Source of the DNA: Lama guanicoe
Lineage: Eukaryota
NCBI GenBank assembly: GCA_013239625.1
Contig: MU054212.1
Coordinates: forward strand, 2,976,001-3,040,000
DNA: 64,000 nucleotides
Direction of reading: 5' to 3'
Shown here: in pieces, positions 10,471 to 23,330 of the stretch
How positions within the stretch are numbered: the first letter of the stretch is position 1
Layout: the number at the start of each line of letters is the position of its first letter
The notes under the pieces: generated by a model
The model's database searches: none
What the model saw: only the letters and a program-made list of their open reading frames with translations
Told to the model about the DNA's origin: nothing
Translations under genes and position numbers: made by a program

Positions 10471-13400
10471 AAAAAGTAGTGGGGGGAGGAGTACAATATG
10501 GTAAAAACCAAAACAAAACAGGACATCCAGTGCTCTGATTTCCTTCCTAATCAGTCTTCCATCCATAATACGGGGCAAGTGGGTTGCATCCGATTGTGGC
10601 TGCTTTTCCAGAAGTGGGGCAGAAAACGGAACATTCTGTGCTGGCAACGGCATCACGCCGAAGACCCAGCTTAAGTGTGAGCTCAGACCTCTCAGCTAAA
10701 ATGCCTGTGTTCACTGCAGACTCCTTCGCTGTGCTATGAAAACTTGGCTGTGCTGAGTCAGGTCAAATCCCTGGAAATGGCTGCATTTCCCCAGGTTTTT
10801 TCCCTTTGGCAAAGCTCACTTAAAGAATTTTTTTTTTCTGGAGGTGGGAGGAGCTCCGTCTTTGGTCTGTAACAAATACATCATTTAAAACTTAAATCTT
10901 CACACAGCAGAGAGAAATATCAAAGAGAGTGCGTCTGTGTCTGGATCCTTGGAGTTTCGTAGGCAAAACAGTCCGCCCTTTGACTGCATTTCAGGTGTGC
11001 CCTGTATGTTCGTCATTGTGTAGACCTGGCCTTGGGCCTGAAAATCCAAAATCGAAAACATTTTCCAGATTAATGAAATAATTCACTAAGCCGAATCGTT
11101 TGCCTCCTATTGTGGATGGAACACGAGTTGAGGGAATCAGACAACTGGATGCCTTGCTTTGTTTTGTTTTCTTAGAATTCGTGAAACTAAAAATCCATGT
11201 TTTTACTTTCTAATTTCTCTTGGGGCTTGGGTTGGGTTGGATCAACCACACAGAGCCACAGCCTTAGTTTTCTTGCTTAATTCCTTGTGGCCATCTAAAG
11301 ATGCTTGGATGTGTCCATTCAGCTTAAATACCCGCTTCCTTTGGCCTCACAGCAATTCGTTAGAGTTTTCTTGGTGCCCTTTTATTTCCCAGAAATGGAT
11401 TTTATTTTATTTTATTTATTTTTTGGTTCTGGAAACAATAGCAAGAGAAACCTTTAGATTTTACACAGTAAGAACACATCTTTTTCCTGTTTTCTTCATT
11501 TCCTATTGGGGTGTAACTGGTTTTTAAATCTATTTATCCTAAAACCTGGCCTTCATCTCTGGTTCATCTTTTACTCCTTCCTGTGGCCTCTCTGTAAGGA
11601 ATATAAGTGCTGATGGCAGAGACGCCATCACATTCAGAGAAGTACCTTTTTGAGGTGTTGATATTTTTCGATTCGTCCTCCCAGAATTGCATCTTGAGTC
11701 TCCCAGAAGTTCGTCTAAGCAAAAGGGATAATCATGAACAGAACAGAAGTTTCTTCCTTGTGTTTGATCCAGAAAGAATTAAGCCTATGGTAGAGATGTA
11801 AGAAAAAATTTAAATTGGTGGTGAATAAATTACAGAATGGTCCCAACTCAAGCAGTCCTGTTCTCTGCAGGTTTATGGGAGTAGAGTTGGGGTTGGGTGG
11901 TGGAGAAGGAATCAACCTACCTCTCCCTTGCCATCTTTGGGCTCTTAGAAGTCACAAGGTCTCATTGTCATTCCCTGAAGAACAGGCATAAACTAAGATG
12001 TTAATGTTAATCTCCATTTTAAGGCAACACATTTAATTTCAAAGCATCTCGACAGAGACTTGAATCTGTGTTTTAACCTACAATAAATTTAGCCTTAATC
12101 AACTCTGCCACTACTCCACCTAGTCCTGTTGGTTTCCCTTTAAGACTTTCCTTTCTTGCTAACTTTCCTCATTCAGACAGACACTGAGAAGTCACGTTTG
12201 TACAATTAACAGAACACTGTCACCTCCATTACGTCATTTGGTCCCCATAACTGGAAGTGTTATTCCAGCTGGACTGAAGACGAGGAAAGAGACGAAGGGA
12301 CTCCTCCGCAGGTGTGGAGCACGAGGAAGCGCTCTCTCCGCCAGATGAGAGCTCGCCTTTGCACACTAGTCATAACCAGGCATTTTGTTCCTAATTTTGT
12401 CTATTCTGTGCTCATCTTTGGCTTCCTGGACCCAAAACAAGCTCTTACAGGAAGCAAATATAAACTGAAATCGTGAATGACCTTTTCAAACAATTTGTTC
12501 TATGCTACAATATCCAGCAAGTAAGACAAGAGAAAAAAGTCAACCCCTTTCTTTATTCATAGGCTCAGATCCTAGTTTGAATGATGAAGCGGGAAAGTGA
12601 CTTCTTCCTCCTTTCCTTCCTCCCTCTTCTTTCCCTTTGAAGACTTTGGCTTGTCATTTCCCTGCTCTCACCCCCCTGGGAAGGTCTCCTGAGACTCTCT
12701 GATGACCCTCTAGAGACAGAGCTGGGGTCCTGGGAGGAATTTATATGCTCTCATGCGTTGGTGGGTTGCCAGTAAAAACCCACAACTAAGATACGTCAAA
12801 GAAGTGGGTGCAGCTGGCTTTGGAAACTCAATAAGACCTTCCTCTCCGGGGAGGGAGCAGGAAAGAGGTGACTTCGCCCTGAAGGAGAAGAGTGTTAATG
12901 GGGCAGCTGAGACTTCGTCATAATGCCCACATCCACCCTCATTTTTTGAAACAAGAAAGGATGCAGGCAGCTAAGTAGCAGAAAATATCTCCTCAATGTT
13001 CCTGTGCTGATAACTGACCTCTACCCCACCCCTCGGCAATACTGTGCTGGGTCATAGTCCTTATAACTTGGCTTCACTCAGGGTCCAACTCAGGAATGCC
13101 TGGTGGCCAAATGGACATAGAAAGGTCTTGAGATGGTAGAACAGAAGGTCCCCATTCTTTGGATACCCTATTCATAATTTCATCCCCATTTTTTAAAAGC
13201 TTGCATTACATCTCTCTTCTCCTTCTCAGGACCTCCTCTAGTCCTCTGTTAGTGACAAATGAAGGCAAAGGTGTTTCCCAACCAAAGCAAGTTCTAGAGG
13301 AACATCTTCACAGCCTAATTAGCTGGCTGTTAATTTCGGAGACCCTTGACTGTGTGCGCTTCCTAATTAGGAAACCCACATGGGAGTGTTGACACTGCCT

Positions 13401-14399
13401 CCCCCAGGCAAGCTGTGTGCACAAAACAGCTACCATCCGAGGGCAACTCTGCCTCTTTTTCTTTGTAATTACTTTGCCCAACTTCAGCTTCAGTGAAACT
13501 CGAACCTTTTCTAAGACAAAGCCCTCGCTTCCCCTGCCCAGTTGTGTAAGTCATACCTCAAATCACAGGGCAGTCGTGCAGAGGCCCCAGGTTAGCACTT
13601 TCCGGTTGTAAGATTCTTCTAGCTTCCTTTTCTGTGTTTATACTCTCCATTCTCTCCATGCAGTTTCATGTGAATTGTGGGTAGAGATCCACACCTTTCC
13701 TTCTGAAGGAGGAAAAGGAAATTCCTTCTGCAAATGGAAACAGATTCCATTATTTTTTAACAAACCTAAGATTTCTGAAACTGAAGTGGACCCTGATCTG
13801 GGCAATTGGGTACCTTGCCTCTAAGAGGCCACCATGTGAATCACAGCGCAAGGGAGAGGGAGCCCGTCGTTCACAAAGCCAGTGGAAACATTTCCTATAA
13901 AGACGGAGTGGCTCTCCCGAGCCCCACGGTGGTCTCATAGCCTAAAGCGTCAGAATGCATTACCCTTGGCTCACTTATTTCCGAATGTCCTTGGTACTCA
14001 ACAAGGCCTGGTTGATGTGGAATTCTTAACTCCACGTCCATAGCTATAGTAGGCGTTGTCTGGACAACAACAAGAGAAGTTTCAAGAGGATGACTCCAAG
14101 CCACTGACACCTGAGACTGAAAACAAGCCAGTTAACCACCAGCCCCACAGCCTTCATGTTAAACAGAGGGGTGGCCTCCCCACTTCACTCTCAAGAAAGA
14201 TGCAGCTGCAGGACATAGACTCTCCTCTTCCTATGCTGAGGACAGAGACTTCTCTTTTTGATAGAAGGGTCTGAACCATCAGGAGGCTCTCAATATATAG
14301 GCCAATCTTGTCAAGGTGTCTTCCTGCTCCTGGAGTAAAGACCAAGTTTTTTCAAGACCCTGCTTGATCTGTCTCATCTCCCTCTGCACCCACATGAGG

Positions 14400-14985
14400 C
14401 TTCTCTCTCCCGACAGTAGATCTCTTTACGCTCCTCCCACTCAACTATCTGCCGCAGGACCTTTGCACGGAAGGCACCTCCTATACGTAGAACGTTCTTT
14501 CTCTCCTCCAGCCTAGTAACTCCTGCTCATTCTTCAGCTCAGATATTTCCTCAGGGAAGCCTTCTTCCCCATCAGAACCAACTCAGTCCTGAAGTTTGAT
14601 TCCATTTAAACTTAAGTTGTTAAGCTGCTTTCAGGGTTATATTTTGGGGGAAGGGGTAATTAGGTTTATTTACTTACTTATTTTTTAGTGGAGGTAGTGG
14701 AGATTGAAAGCAGGACCTTGTGCCTGCTAAGCACTCGCTCTACCACTGAGCTACATCCTCTGCCTCTGTTAGGCTGTTTTCAAACTAGGAGCCCTCATAG
14801 TTCACTGGCCTTTTCCTTTGGAGCACTGATCAGTTTGCAATTACGTGTGTGTTTGTTATTTGATTACCATCTGCTTCCATAACGACAAACTATATCTGCC
14901 TTTTCTCACTAGTGTCTTCGGGGACTAACATAATGCTTGGCACACAGTTGGAGCCCAATAAATGCTAGTTAATGAGTGAGCAAAT
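14400..14985 (+). mobile_element. L2 LINE 3' region, interrupted by a SINE and a short insert
   Basis: ggacctttgcac...cctcagggaagccttc...tgcttggcacacagttggagcccaataaatgctagttaatga. Confidence 0.7.
14634..14766 (-). mobile_element. Vic-1-type camelid tRNA-derived SINE
   Basis: Reverse of tagctcagtggtagag (A box), B-box region and aaacctaattacccc tail; TSD tgttaagctgctttca (14618) / tgttaggctgttttca (14767). Confidence 0.88.
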
Positions 14986-15177
14986 GAATATAAAAGGAAA
15001 AACAATTTGGAAAAAGCAACCAAAAGGAAAAAAAAAAAAAAGACCAAGATTGTTTCCAGGTAGGTAAAGGGAGGAAGAAGTTCCCTTGGGATTTGGTGAT
15101 TTTATAAGTTTGACATTAACGTTTTCTGTCATAGGTTTCTTAGGCCCTGGAGAACTTTTCCTAAAATCTAAGCTCCC

Positions 15178-15697
15178 TACCCCAAAGAACTGAGAGCAGG
15201 GACTCAATCACGTATTTGTACACCAAAGATTGTAGCCGTATTATTCACAAAACCCAAAAGTCCATGGGTGGATGAACAGATACACAAAATGTGGTCCGTA
15301 CACACAGTGGAATATTATTCCGTCTTGAAAAGAAATGCAGTTCTGACACCTGCTATCACATGGATGAATCCTGAAGATATTAGGTGAATTGAGAAAAACC
15401 AGAAACAAAGGATAAATATTGTATCCTTGCACTTATATGAAGAAACCAGAGTTGTCAAGCTCATAGAGACAGAAAGTTAAATGATGCTTTCCAGGGGCTC
15501 AGGGGGAGGAAACAATGGGGAGTTCATGTTTAAGGGGCATGGAGCTTCAGTTTGGAAGATGAAGTAGTTCCAGAGATGGACGGCAGTGGTGGTTGCCTAG
15601 CAGTGTGAATGTACTTCATGCCACCGAACTGGACACTTAGAAATGGTTAAAACTGTACATTTTATAGTGTGTGTATTTCACCACAATTAAAACAAAA
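15178..15697 (+). mobile_element. L1MB-type LINE 3' end
   Basis: cccaaagaactgagagcaggg...acagtggaatattattc...catagagacagaaag...gtatttcaccacaattaaaa. Confidence 0.85.
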
Positions 15698-16409
15698 GTC
15701 AAGGAAATACCAACACATGCACGCACGCACCTTTAAGATCCCCTCGAGTTCTGAGTCCATTTGCTTAAAAATGAAGCCCCGTTGTATCTGTGTATAATTC
15801 TGTTTAAAACACACCTGTTTATTACCCTTCACTTCGTTTTTCTCTGTTTTTAAAATGGCCAGCTCTTCCTCTTTGCCCTCATGTTGAGTGGTGGGGTGAG
15901 GACGAGGAGGCATGTGTGTGCTGTGCCCTTTTTCTGCAGAGGCACCTTCTCCCCTGATGGTGAGGTGACCTAGAATAAGGCACCGCCACAGCAAAATCCT
16001 AGTCCTGAAGTTTGATCCCGTTTAAACATTCATAGTTATGCTGTTTCTAAAATTAGATACATCTCTGAAAGAAACCAATACAACTCTGATTATTAAACTT
16101 CCTCTGAAGTTGTAAGTTCAATTGGCTATCAGATCCAATCTATTATTTATCTGTAGAGCTAAACTAAAACCCAAGAGACAATTAGAATGTTTAAAGCCAA
16201 ATCTAGACTTTCCTCAGGATTATGCACAAAGGAGTCTGGCTGGTGAATGAATCTCTAACGGTAATGGTAACAAATGAAGCACGAGCCTCTCAAATGTGGG
16301 TAAAAATCCCCCGCAGACGTCCAGGACCTCAGCCCTGAAAAGGCCCACCCAGCAAGTCTGGCACATAGTGGTCACCGTCTGCATCCAAAACTGTCATCTA
16401 GGGACATTT

Positions 16410-16594
16410 AAAAAAATTGAGTTATAATTAACATATAGTATTATATTCATTTCAGGTGTACAACACGGTGACTTGATATTTTTATACATTATGAAGTGAT
16501 CATGGCAATAAGACCAGTCACCATCTGTCAGCATATGAAGTTGTTCCAATAATATTGAGTATATTGGCTATGGGTACATTACATTCCTGTGACT
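16410..16594 (-). mobile_element. L1 3' end (L1MA9-like, laurasiatherian)
   Basis: ttgagttataattaacatatag...ttcaggtgtacaacac...gtcaccatctgtc. Confidence 0.8.
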
Positions 16595-16757
16595 TTTTTT
16601 CTTTTTTACAATTTTATTTATAACAATATCTGTACTCTTTAGTTGTAAAGGAGCTTTTAAATTAATTTAATTACTTTTGATTGGAGGTGCTGGGGATTGA
16701 ACCCAGGACGTCCTGCATGCTGAGCACGCCCTCTGCCACGTGAGCTATCCCCTCCCC
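16595..16757 (-). mobile_element. Vic-1-type SINE with extended 3' tail
   Basis: ggaggtgctggggattgaacccaggac...tgagctatcccctcccc; TSD approximately cattcctgtgact / catcccgtgact. Confidence 0.88.
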
Positions 16758-17799
16758 ATCCCGTGACTCATTTGTCCCTCATCACACACAAGCATCGCTG
16801 GTCTACCTCGCTACCTTAGAGGAGGAGACTTTGGAGAGCTCAGCTAAATCCATGTTCTTGGTTTAAATATTTCGTATTGGACTATTTGTAAGTGATAAGA
16901 AGAGGCCCTTGAAGTTGCCGTCAACATGAATTCGGTCCTCTGGGGGAAACAGTTTTCCACAACTACCTTTCAGTCCCAATCTACAGCCAGCAGCTGACAA
17001 ATTTGGGAGATTACTGATTCTATTGAGAATCCAAGGAAACCATGAATCCTCTCTCTTCCGATACGAACTCACAAAATTTTCTGCATTTCCTTTGGGGGGT
17101 TCTTGTCGCCTTGAAGCACATCTGTAGACTCCAGGTAAATTACCCGGCTCTCAATCCTCTCCCCAAGAGAGGCCCTTCCTCATTATTAAAGAATCATATA
17201 ATTTCATACTTAAAGAGGACTTTTGGGATCATGTAATTCAATCAAATACTTTTTTTTTCTTTTCATAGTAGAAACAGAGGCCCAGGGAGATTGACTAATG
17301 TTACACTGGATTAAAACCAAGCTATCTGGATTTAGTTGAAGTTCTTTGGATGGTCCTCATTCACGTTTGTCTAGGAGATGTAACTAATGACAGCAGGATC
17401 AAGTGGACCCCATTTTAACTTGTGGAAGTTTTAATTCCCCCCCCACAGAGTTTGCTGGGTAACACTTTGGAATCCATTGAGGCTGAGCATGTTTTTAAGA
17501 GTTTGTTTGAACACCGTCTAGTCCTAGTGTATCATTTCAAAACCTGAAGCCCCAGGCCCATACATCCACGCTGCACCTGCTCCTTATTCCAGAATGCTAA
17601 GTTTATGTAAATCTCCGGGGCTTGATCAGGATGCTTGGTTGTGGAGGGTGCAGGGATGGAGATGGAGAACCAGATGACACTGAGTGGGAGGGGGTGAGGC
17701 AGGGTGTCCTGGACACAGGGGAGGTGCTGAAAGAAGGTGACAGGAAATAATGTAGCTCTGTAAGCAAGCGACACGCCTCCGTCTTGGCCACCTGAGAGA

Positions 17800-18010
17800 G
17801 GAGTGTGGTGCAGTGAAAAGAACGTCGGCTTTAAGGGCCAAAGTCGGTTTCGTCACTTACTAGCTGTGTAACCTGCATCAGACGAACCTGAGTGCATCAG
17901 TTTGCTTATGTATAAAATGAGAGCAATTAATCCCTACCTTGTGGTCACGGTTGACGGATAAGAGACAACATATATAAATTCCCTGGCATGTGACACATGT
18001 GCAAAAACAC
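17800..18010 (+). mobile_element. MIR SINE
   Basis: cacttactagctgtgtaacc...tataaaatgag...cctacct...cctggcatg. Confidence 0.7.
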
Positions 18011-18299
18011 TGTATATGTACATATGTATATATATGTATGCATAGTGTCTTGGGCTCCAAAGGAAAAGCCAAGGCTTTCTACTGCAAAGTCTTGCTTAAA
18101 AACAAAACAAAACAGGTAACACTCTCTGAAGCACAAACTGGTACGGTTTTTCGGGGTACGTTGGTGTGCGTATGAGTGTTGTCACGATCTAGCCCTTGCT
18201 TCACTCGAACATCGTGGAAATGAGCTGAAAGGGGACTCGTGTGTCTTCCACTTATCCCCCACCTCTTGGAAAAAAGAAAGCAATCAAAAAGATTTCAGA

Positions 18300-18590
18300 A
18301 ATATTTGTCAATTCATCAAGTGTTTATTAAACATTTTCTCCCCCAGCACAAGATGGAGGGAACGTAGTTCCAGCCAACGGTGTTTACTGTCTAGTTGGGA
18401 AAATAGTGTCTTATCCAGGAAACAACCAGAGAACAACGCAAGGTGGTATGCCAGCCATGACCAACTAGCTCTCATTTCAGGAGCAGACATGGTCCTAGGG
18501 GCTGGGCTTAGCTTGGGAAGGCATCATGGGAGGCTACCCAGGGTAGTATTTGAAAGTGGGCTTTGGAGGCAGACGGAGAGGGATGAATCC
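18300..18590 (-). mobile_element. L2 fragment
   Basis: attcatcaagtgtttattaaaca...catcatgggagg...tttgaaagtgggctttggagg. Confidence 0.5.
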
Positions 18591-18639
18591 TCAAACCACT
18601 ACTGGTATTTTTTGTCTGGTCACTAAATTCTAATCCTTG

Positions 18640-18765
18640 ATCCCCTCATTTGTGAAAAGAAGAAAATGTTTACTTCTCAGGGTGTTATAAAGATTAAACA
18701 AGATAATATATATAGACCACTAAGCACAGACTCTGACGCATAGTGAGAAAGCTCAACAAATTGGT
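18640..18765 (+). mobile_element. MIR SINE 3' half
   Basis: cctcatttgtgaaa...gggtgttataaagattaaacaagataat...gctcaacaaat. Confidence 0.7.
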
Positions 18766-18794
18766 TACATATATGGGTTTCCTGTTATGCCTCC

Positions 18795-19600
18795 CTTATG
18801 GGGAAGTAAAATGGTGCAGCCACTTTGGAAAACAGTCTGCTGAGTTTTCAAAGTATTAAACATGGAGTTACCATCTGACCCAGCTATTCCACTCCAAGAG
18901 AAATGGAAACATATACACATAAAACTTGTACACAAATATTCAGAGCAGCATTCTTCTTTTTTAAAATTGAAGTATAGTTAATCACAATGTTGTGTTAGTT
19001 TCAAGTGTATGGCAAAGGGATTCTGTTATACACACATATATATATACATTCTTTTTCAGAATTTTTTCCATTATAGGTTGTTACAAGATACTGAATGTAG
19101 TTCCCCATGCTAAACAGTAGGTCCTTGTAAGAGCAGCATTATTCTTAACAGCCCCAAAGTGGAAACAACCCAAATGTCCATCAGTTGATGAATGGATGAA
19201 CATACTGTGGTGTATCCACACAGTGGAATACTCATCAGCAATGGAAAAGAATGAAGTAGTGATAGACACTAAAGCATGGGTGAACCTTGAAATCTAAGGG
19301 AAAGAAGCTAGTCCCAGAAAAACATATAAGATTCCATTTCTGTGAAATGCTCAGCATAGGGGAACCATTCATAGAGACTGAAAGTAGATTTGTGGCTGCC
19401 AGAGGATGGTGTGAGTGGTGGTGAGAAGGGGAGTAACTGTTGATGGAGTTGAGTTTCCTTTGGAGATGATGAAAATATTCTGAAATTAGATAGTGGTGGT
19501 GGTGGCACTACATTGTGAATCTTCTAAATGCTGGGCTCTTTAAACAAGTGAACTATATGGGATGTGAACTATATCTCAATAAAGCTGTAAAAAAATAAAG
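18795..19600 (+). mobile_element. L1MB7-like LINE 3' end (host of a nested L1)
   Basis: gtaaaatggtgcagccactttggaaaacag...cccaaagtggaaacaacccaaatgtccatc...atatctcaataaagctgt. Confidence 0.88.
18959..19129 (-). mobile_element. Younger L1 3' end nested antisense in the L1MB
   Basis: ttgaagtatagtt...ttccattataggttgttacaagatactgaatgtagttccc; TSD agagcagcattcttctt (18942) / agagcagcattattctt (19130). Confidence 0.88.
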
Positions 19601-22591
19601 CAGGTGACTTTTAAAAGACATGAGGTATTCGGATGAGTAGAGAGGAGCAAGAGGGCAGAGAAGAGGGGAAACAGACGTTGGGGCCCCAGCAGGGGAGCGT
19701 GGGTTTGAGACGATTGTGGGCAGGGGTGGAACACGGAGGTGGGTCCTTTAAGATCACGAGTAAGAGTTCAAAGTTAACCTTAGAGGCAGTCAGAGGCCTC
19801 CCTGGGGTGGTAGGAAGGGCAGAGAAGACTAAATTTCCCAGGTTTCTCAGAATGTAGTCTGGACTGGAGTGAGCAGGGGGGAAAAATTGGAGGCAGAATG
19901 ATAGACAAATGAGGAGATGCCTTTGTGGGTGTCTGAGTTCATGCTTTGGTTGGGTCCACGGTGACTGGTTTAGTCTGTGAAGAACCCATGAGGGTCGGAG
20001 CCGGGCCACGTGGTGGCTGCAGGTGGGGGTCGGGCATCGGATCAGCGCTGCGGACGGTGGGCAGATCAGCCTGGCTGGGGCTGCCTGGGGGATGTGTCGA
20101 GAGCCCCCGTCCTCCCTGGCGGTACGTCTTGCTTTCTGTGAAAATTGTCCTTGAGGTAGGAAGAGCCTCATTTTCAGTACAGAACAAACACAAATACGAT
20201 ATTTCATATCTTCTCTGCCATTTTCACCCTTCCCTGTAATTGGAAACTCTTGCCCACAGTCTTACCTGTAGGATTCCGTCTTCAAATGTCAGCTTCTCTT
20301 CCTCCTCTCACCAAACCCTCCCTGTCTGTCTGGTTTTTTTTTTTTTCTCCTTCAGATTTTCACCATCTTTTATTCGTCAGTTCTTTTGATTAGCGATGGT
20401 AAAGGAGTGGGGGAGAAGAGGGGCAGGATGCTTCTGTTTCATTAGTTTCTGATAAAGTGTGCGGATTTTAAAGGCTGCTTTCATAAATCGAGGCCCTTTT
20501 CTGTTGAGCAGGCTCTAATTTCCCTTTCTCTCTCAGACTCCGGTTTTGTGCTCAGAGGTACAGGGACCCCGAGCACCTCTACGTGGCGTCTTAACTCGCC
20601 GCCAGCTGATTCTGAAGGTTGAGTGTCTCTTTGCCCTTCAGCTCGCTATTAACCGTTGTCTTCTTATTCCTGGATTTTGCCCTTTTCCCTCAAGTTCACC
20701 GTTATGGACTCTCTCTCGGGAGCCACCCTCAATTATCACATCAAACCTGGCTCAGGTGGTGATCCTGCTGCCCGCCGGGCCCGCTGTCTGAGACCCGGTG
20801 ACTCCGCTCCCTCTTGCGGGCCCACAGCCACGCGGGGCACAAACAGAAGGAGTCGTTCAGAAGGCGCCAGTGTACACCTCCCCCGGAGCACGTAGAATGC
20901 TTTGTAGGGAGAAAAAGTCCAGAGAATCTTTGTTCTAATTATCATCATTATTTGTTTTAAAGACTCAAGTTCCATGACTAGGTGTATGCATCTTCTGAGA
21001 ATACTTAAGAGTCTTTCGAATGATTGAGCTTTGAAACCTAATGGCTTTTAAATTTTTGTAACATTTCCGCTATAAGATACATGCAACCCGGGATGTTGAG
21101 ACTGGGGAAGGGGTAAAGGGGCTGCAGGGTGCTTGTTCTTGGGTAGCAAAATTCATAGTAGGTTGCTACCTTGGGCTTCGAGAACAAAATTCTTCATTCT
21201 GTGGGGAATTCTCCCCTCCCACCCCTCTCTCCCTCCTTCCCTCCATCCTTCCTTCCTTCCTTTCTTTCTTCCATTTCCCTTCTTAGGGATGTGAACAACT
21301 TAGGACAGTTGCCCTAAATTTCCTTTCAATTGGAAATAAAAGTGTCTTTATCATTCTCAGTCTTTCCCCGTCCCTTCTCGGCTGTCCCCATCCACTGCAT
21401 CCAGACTTTGCTCATTCTTCAAGTCATTCAAATAAGCTGAAAAATTATCCTCTGCATCTGACCCTCAGCTTTTTCACAAATGGCATTTTCCCAGAAAAGC
21501 CCGCCACTGCTCCCCAGTCCAGCAGGACAGCCTAGCCCCAAACCAGCCTGCGGTTTTCTCTCCATCTTTTAGTCTATCCCACGTGTATACAAAATATTCA
21601 GGACATCCCTGGGGTTTGTAGGGCCTAAGAACATTCTGGAGATCTTGAACGTGTCACCTGGGTCTGGTACATAATCTCCTGCAGTTGTGAACATGACCTC
21701 ACTCCTAGACCCTGAAGTTTAACCAGATGTCCCTGCGCCTGGGTCAAGCACTGATCTCAGAACACTTGACTCTGAACAGTCTCCTTTAAACCATCTCCTG
21801 TCCTAGATTTCTGAGAATATGGCCATTCATCTCATTTCAATCATTCATTCTTCCGTTCATTCATTCTTACAGTCAGTCCACAAATACCTGGAGAAAAATC
21901 TGTAAGAGGCTGTGAGGTATGTAGATACTAGACCTGAATTACAATCTTAGGATGTTCCCTGTTCCCAACTTTACTCTCAAATTAGTGGCCTTGGGACTCC
22001 TAGAAAAAGAAAGATCATGAATTTAGGTTGAATGTAATTTTCTTATCATCAAATAACAATGATTCTGTTTATATATCTGTTATTAAACTCAACCATGTAT
22101 TAGCTTAAGTGCAAGCTTGATTAGAGACATCTGTATAGGGAAGCCTTGATAAACCCTGGCCCTTCTGTCGGAGATGGTCTCTAATTAAGGAGCCTTTTCC
22201 TCTGAGGGATGTGCACAGACTCAGTCTTCATCTGCCTCTGAGCCTTTGTTACTGTGAACTTTGGCCAGTCTTTCAACCTTATCGGTGAGAATGCATTCCA
22301 GGAATCCTGCACACCCACACCTTTTAGGTGAGGAGGAAGGCGAAGGGCCCTCGGGGGCTGCCCTGACCCAGCCCTGGCCATCGAGGCTCACACTCTGTTA
22401 CCCAGCTGCACCGGAGGGTGAGTCTCCTACCCCCGGGCCTCCTCCCGACTGCAAAAGAGTTTCCAGCCCTTGCAGAGTCTCATGCTCTGGTCCCTATCAC
22501 TCTTCTGGATTTCACAAGGGGCCTCTTTGTTTGAGACTTTCAGCAGAAACCAGAGCTTCTCCACAATGACTCTGTAATGAAGCAACACACT

Positions 22592-22741
22592 CCGTTTCAT
22601 AGAATCCAAGATGACATCAGTTGTAAGACACATTCTGTGTCCCACACACACTAAAAGAATGTAGACAGTTAAACTGTGACAGTCATTGATTATAAGACCA
22701 TCTTGTAAAAAAAAGTACATCTTAGAATCAATAAAATACGT
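22592..22741 (-). mobile_element. MER104-like TcMar-Tc2 MITE
   Basis: Terminal inverted repeats ccgtttcatagaatccaagatg ... catcttagaatcaataaaatacg. Confidence 0.7.
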
Positions 22742-22975
22742 AGCACAGTGGTTGCACATAAAAATCAGGCTGCTTGGGGGTGGATCTCAGCTCTGGTACT
22801 TCATGTTTGACCTTGGGCAAGCCAGTTAACTTCTCTGTGCCTCAGTTTCCTCATCTGTTGGGATGATAATAAGAGTATCGACTTGGGAGGATAGTTGAGG
22901 ATTAACTGAGTGACTATCCATAAAGCACTTAGCGCAGTGCCGGGGGTATAATAAAGGCTCAATAAATGCCAACAA
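22742..22975 (+). mobile_element. MIR SINE (near full length)
   Basis: tgaccttgggcaag...ctctgtgcctcagtttcctcatctg...gctcaataaatg. Confidence 0.9.
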
Positions 22976-23257
22976 CTTTGAGCTGAATGCTAATAAAAAG
23001 GGGAGTTAATAGCTAATATTACTGAGCCCTGATTATGCTTGTGGTGTGGTGCCAGCCATTTCATCCGGATTGTCTAGATGTGTAACCATCACAGTAATCA
23101 TTCCATCCCAAGGAGGAAGGTGCCATGATTACTCCCACTTGTCAGTGGAAAAGTTAGGGTACATGCGTCTTAAACGAACTCTACAGAGCTCCCCACCCCC
23201 TTTTCTTTTTTTTGCGTAACATACAATTTTTGTTTCCCTTTTCCTCTTAATCAGAAA

Positions 23258-23330
23258 CAGATTTACCGCGGCGCTAATGAAGCTCAGCTCAAAATCTCTC
23301 TTTCATGCAGAGTCCTTCTCAAGACCTACC
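23258..23330. mobile_element. hAT-Tip100 (Zaphod/MER115-like) fragment
   Basis: gatttaccgcggcgctaatgaagctcagctc resembles the recalled Zaphod terminus. Confidence 0.4.

Noticed and set aside
19611..20207. 198-aa minus-strand ORF
   Set aside because: No recognisable family or exon structure; consistent with chance in GC-richer DNA.
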